The notes under the pieces are model-generated. The model searched no databases, was not told the origin of the DNA, and saw only the letters and a list, made by a program, of their open reading frames with translations. DNA of 64,000 nt from Sulfitobacter sp. (GTDB lineage Bacteria > Pseudomonadota > Alphaproteobacteria > Rhodobacterales > Rhodobacteraceae). The stretch covers positions 10,020 to 74,019 of the forward strand of contig JBDVSG010000159.1 in NCBI GenBank assembly GCA_039967155.1. Direction: 5' to 3'. Both the position numbers and the translations under genes were made by a program. This document shows positions 62,278-64,000 of this stretch, piece after piece (within the stretch, counting starts at the first letter, position 1; each line of letters opens with the position of its first letter).

Positions 62278-64000
62278 TCAGCCGCACTTACTATGACCGC
62301 AGCTCCCACACGTCATACAGCCTTCTACCATGCGCAGGTCATATTGACCGCAACTGGGGCACGCTTTGCCGCGGGGTTGTTCCATGCCAACGATCTTGGC
62401 TTGCGGGTCAGTCTTGAGCCCCATGCCTTCACCAGCGATGAAGCCTGTTGCGATCATGTGTTGTTCGATCACGCTACCAATTGCCGCAAGGATCGATGGG
62501 ATGTATTTGCCGCCCATCCACGCACCGCCGCGCGGGTCAAAGACGGCCTTCAGCTCTTCCACAACGAATGACACATCGCCCCCGCGACGGAACACAGCCG
62601 AGACCATGCGCGTAAGGGCAACGGTCCATGCGAAATGCTCCATGTTTTTGGAGTTGATGAACACTTCAAACGGGCGACGGTGTCCGCCTACAACCAGATC
62701 GTTGATTGTGATGTAGAGCGCGTGCTCACTGTCTGGCCATTTGATTTTATAGGTAGACCCTTCCAGCTCTTCCGGACGGTCGAGCGGCTCGGTCATATAG
62801 ACGACGTCACCATGCGGAGCCTGAGGCTCTTGACCATCGTGGCTGACGACTTCGGGCGCTTCTTTTTTATCTTCGGAAACGCTTAGAACAGATCCAGTAA
62901 CATCGTTGGGACGGTAGGTCGTGCAGCCCTTACAGCCCGTGTCCCATGCTTCCATGTAGACTTCTTTGAATGTGTCAAAGGCGATGTCTTCTGGGCAGTT
63001 GATGGTTTTCGAAATGCTGCTGTCGACCCATTTCTGCGCGGCAGCCTGCATTTTCACGTGATCCAGCGGTGCCAGCGTCTGCGCGTTAACAAAGTAATCA
63101 GGCAGCTCACGGTCGCCAAATTTATCGCGCCACATTTGCACGGCGTAATCCACGACTTCCTCTTCCGTGCGGCTGCCGTCTTTTTGCAGGACTTTACGGG
63201 TGTAAGCATAGGCGAAGACCGGCTCGATGCCCGAGCTGACGTTGCCAGCATAAAGGCTGATCGTGCCTGTGGGGGCGATAGAGGTCAGCAGCGCGTTGCG
63301 GATACCATAGGTGCGGATCGCTTCGCGCACGTCTTCATCCATTGCGCGCATGGTGCCAGAGGCCAGATACTCTTCTGCGTCGAACAGCGGGAATGCGCCT
63401 TTTTCCTTCGCCAATTCCACCGAAGCCAGATACGCGGCGCGGGCAATCGCGTGCAGCCATTCTTCCGTCTGACGCGCCGCCTCGTCCGAGCCATAGCGCA
63501 GCCCCATCATCAGCAGCGCATCCGCAAGGCCAGTCACACCCAAACCGATGCGGCGCTTGTTTTTAGCTTCCAATGCTTGCGCATCCAGTGGGAATTTGGA
63601 CACATCAACCACGTTGTCCATCATCCGCACGGATGTAGCGACCAGTTTATTCAATGCCTCAAGGTCCAGCGCGGAAGCGTCCTCAAACGGGGCACTCACC
63701 AAACGGGCGAGGTTGATCGAGCCAAGCAAGCACGCGCCATAGGGTGGCAAAGGTTGCTCTCCACAGGGGTTCGTTGCTGCGATGGTTTCGCAATAGCTCA
63801 GGTTGTTTGCTTTGTTGATGCGGTCGATGAAAATCACACCTGGTTCAGCAAAGTCATAGGTGGCTTGCATGATCGCATTCCACAGATCCAAGGCCTGAAC
63901 CGTCTTGTAGGTTTTGCCGTCGAATTTCAGATCCCATGGGCCGTTGGCCTTTACCGCTTCCATAAACGGGTCAGTGATCAGGACGCTCATGTTAAACATC
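62278..64000 (-). CDS. nrdJ: class II (adenosylcobalamin-dependent) ribonucleotide reductase, C-terminal ~570 aa (gene continues beyond window end)
   Basis: [23 protein letters not shown] active-site motif and C-terminal Cys cluster CPSCG...[13 protein letters not shown]. The track start at 63999 is only the first in-window Met. Confidence 0.93.
   Translation of the reverse strand, partial: MFNMSVLITDPFMEAVKANGPWDLKFDGKTYKTVQALDLWNAIMQATYDFAEPGVIFIDRINKANNLSYCETIAATNPCGEQPLPPYGACLLGSINLARLVSAPFEDASALDLEALNKLVATSVRMMDNVVDVSKFPLDAQALEAKNKRRIGLGVTGLADALLMMGLRYGSDEAARQTEEWLHAIARAAYLASVELAKEKGAFPLFDAEEYLASGTMRAMDEDVREAIRTYGIRNALLTSIAPTGTISLYAGNVSSGIEPVFAYAYTRKVLQKDGSRTEEEVVDYAVQMWRDKFGDRELPDYFVNAQTLAPLDHVKMQAAAQKWVDSSISKTINCPEDIAFDTFKEVYMEAWDTGCKGCTTYRPNDVTGSVLSVSEDKKEAPEVVSHDGQEPQAPHGDVVYMTEPLDRPEELEGSTYKIKWPDSEHALYITINDLVVGGHRRPFEVFINSKNMEHFAWTVALTRMVSAVFRRGGDVSFVVEELKAVFDPRGGAWMGGKYIPSILAAIGSVIEQHMIATGFIAGEGMGLKTDPQAKIVGMEQPRGKACPSCGQYDLRMVEGCMTCGSCGHSKCG

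Noticed and set aside
1-64000. CRISPR arrays, tRNA or rRNA genes, integrase-tRNA type island boundaries
   Set aside because: - No regularly spaced direct repeats were seen.
- No tRNA-like T-arm/acceptor patterns and no rRNA-like stretches were seen when reading the intergenic regions.
- A tRNAscan / CRISPR-finder run would be the decisive check.

Overview
This 64-kb window looks like a marine Rhodobacteraceae-type alphaproteobacterial replicon. That is an inference from gene content (many TctABC and TRAP transporters, a class II RNR) and GC style. All calls come from reading the translated ORFs, motifs and repeats by eye; no database search, folding or GC computation was possible.

- **1-5.2 kb:** housekeeping genes (5' part of nadK, glyA, trmL and small enzymes).
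- **5.2-9.2 kb:** a small island bracketed by remnants of three IS families (IS3-like, IS66, IS5).
- **9.2-27 kb:** a catabolic block. It holds TctABC, an M20 deacylase, an HcnABC/LhpBEF-like three-subunit dehydrogenase, a DHDPS-like enzyme, SMP-30, a CoA-transferase, an aminotransferase, BKACE, IclR, a PcaGH-like dioxygenase and a sulfatase.
- **27-34 kb:** an IS3 pseudogene and a TctDE plus TctCBA locus.
- **33.97-62.26 kb:** accessory DNA.
  - Three same-orientation copies of a tniQ 3' end plus terminator plus conserved terminal sequence lie at 33974-34325, 42213-42500 and 61886-62258. Only the last is joined to an intact tniQ.
  - An inverted partner end lies at 34357.
  - Cargo includes nitrilase plus TRAP, ArsR/SRPBCC, Fic and cat genes, along with many gene fragments.
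  - The last terminus lies 19 bp past the stop codon of nrdJ.
  - No tnsA/tnsB/tnsC-type transposase is present in the window.

The most interesting item is an AT-richer, tightly coupled minus-strand operon at 52327-57060. It encodes a 4-TM protein, a STAS-GHKL kinase fusion, a PRTase-domain protein and a PNP-family nucleosidase. It looks like a nucleotide-targeting defence or abortive-infection candidate that I cannot assign to any named system.

No rRNA, tRNA or CRISPR array was seen.
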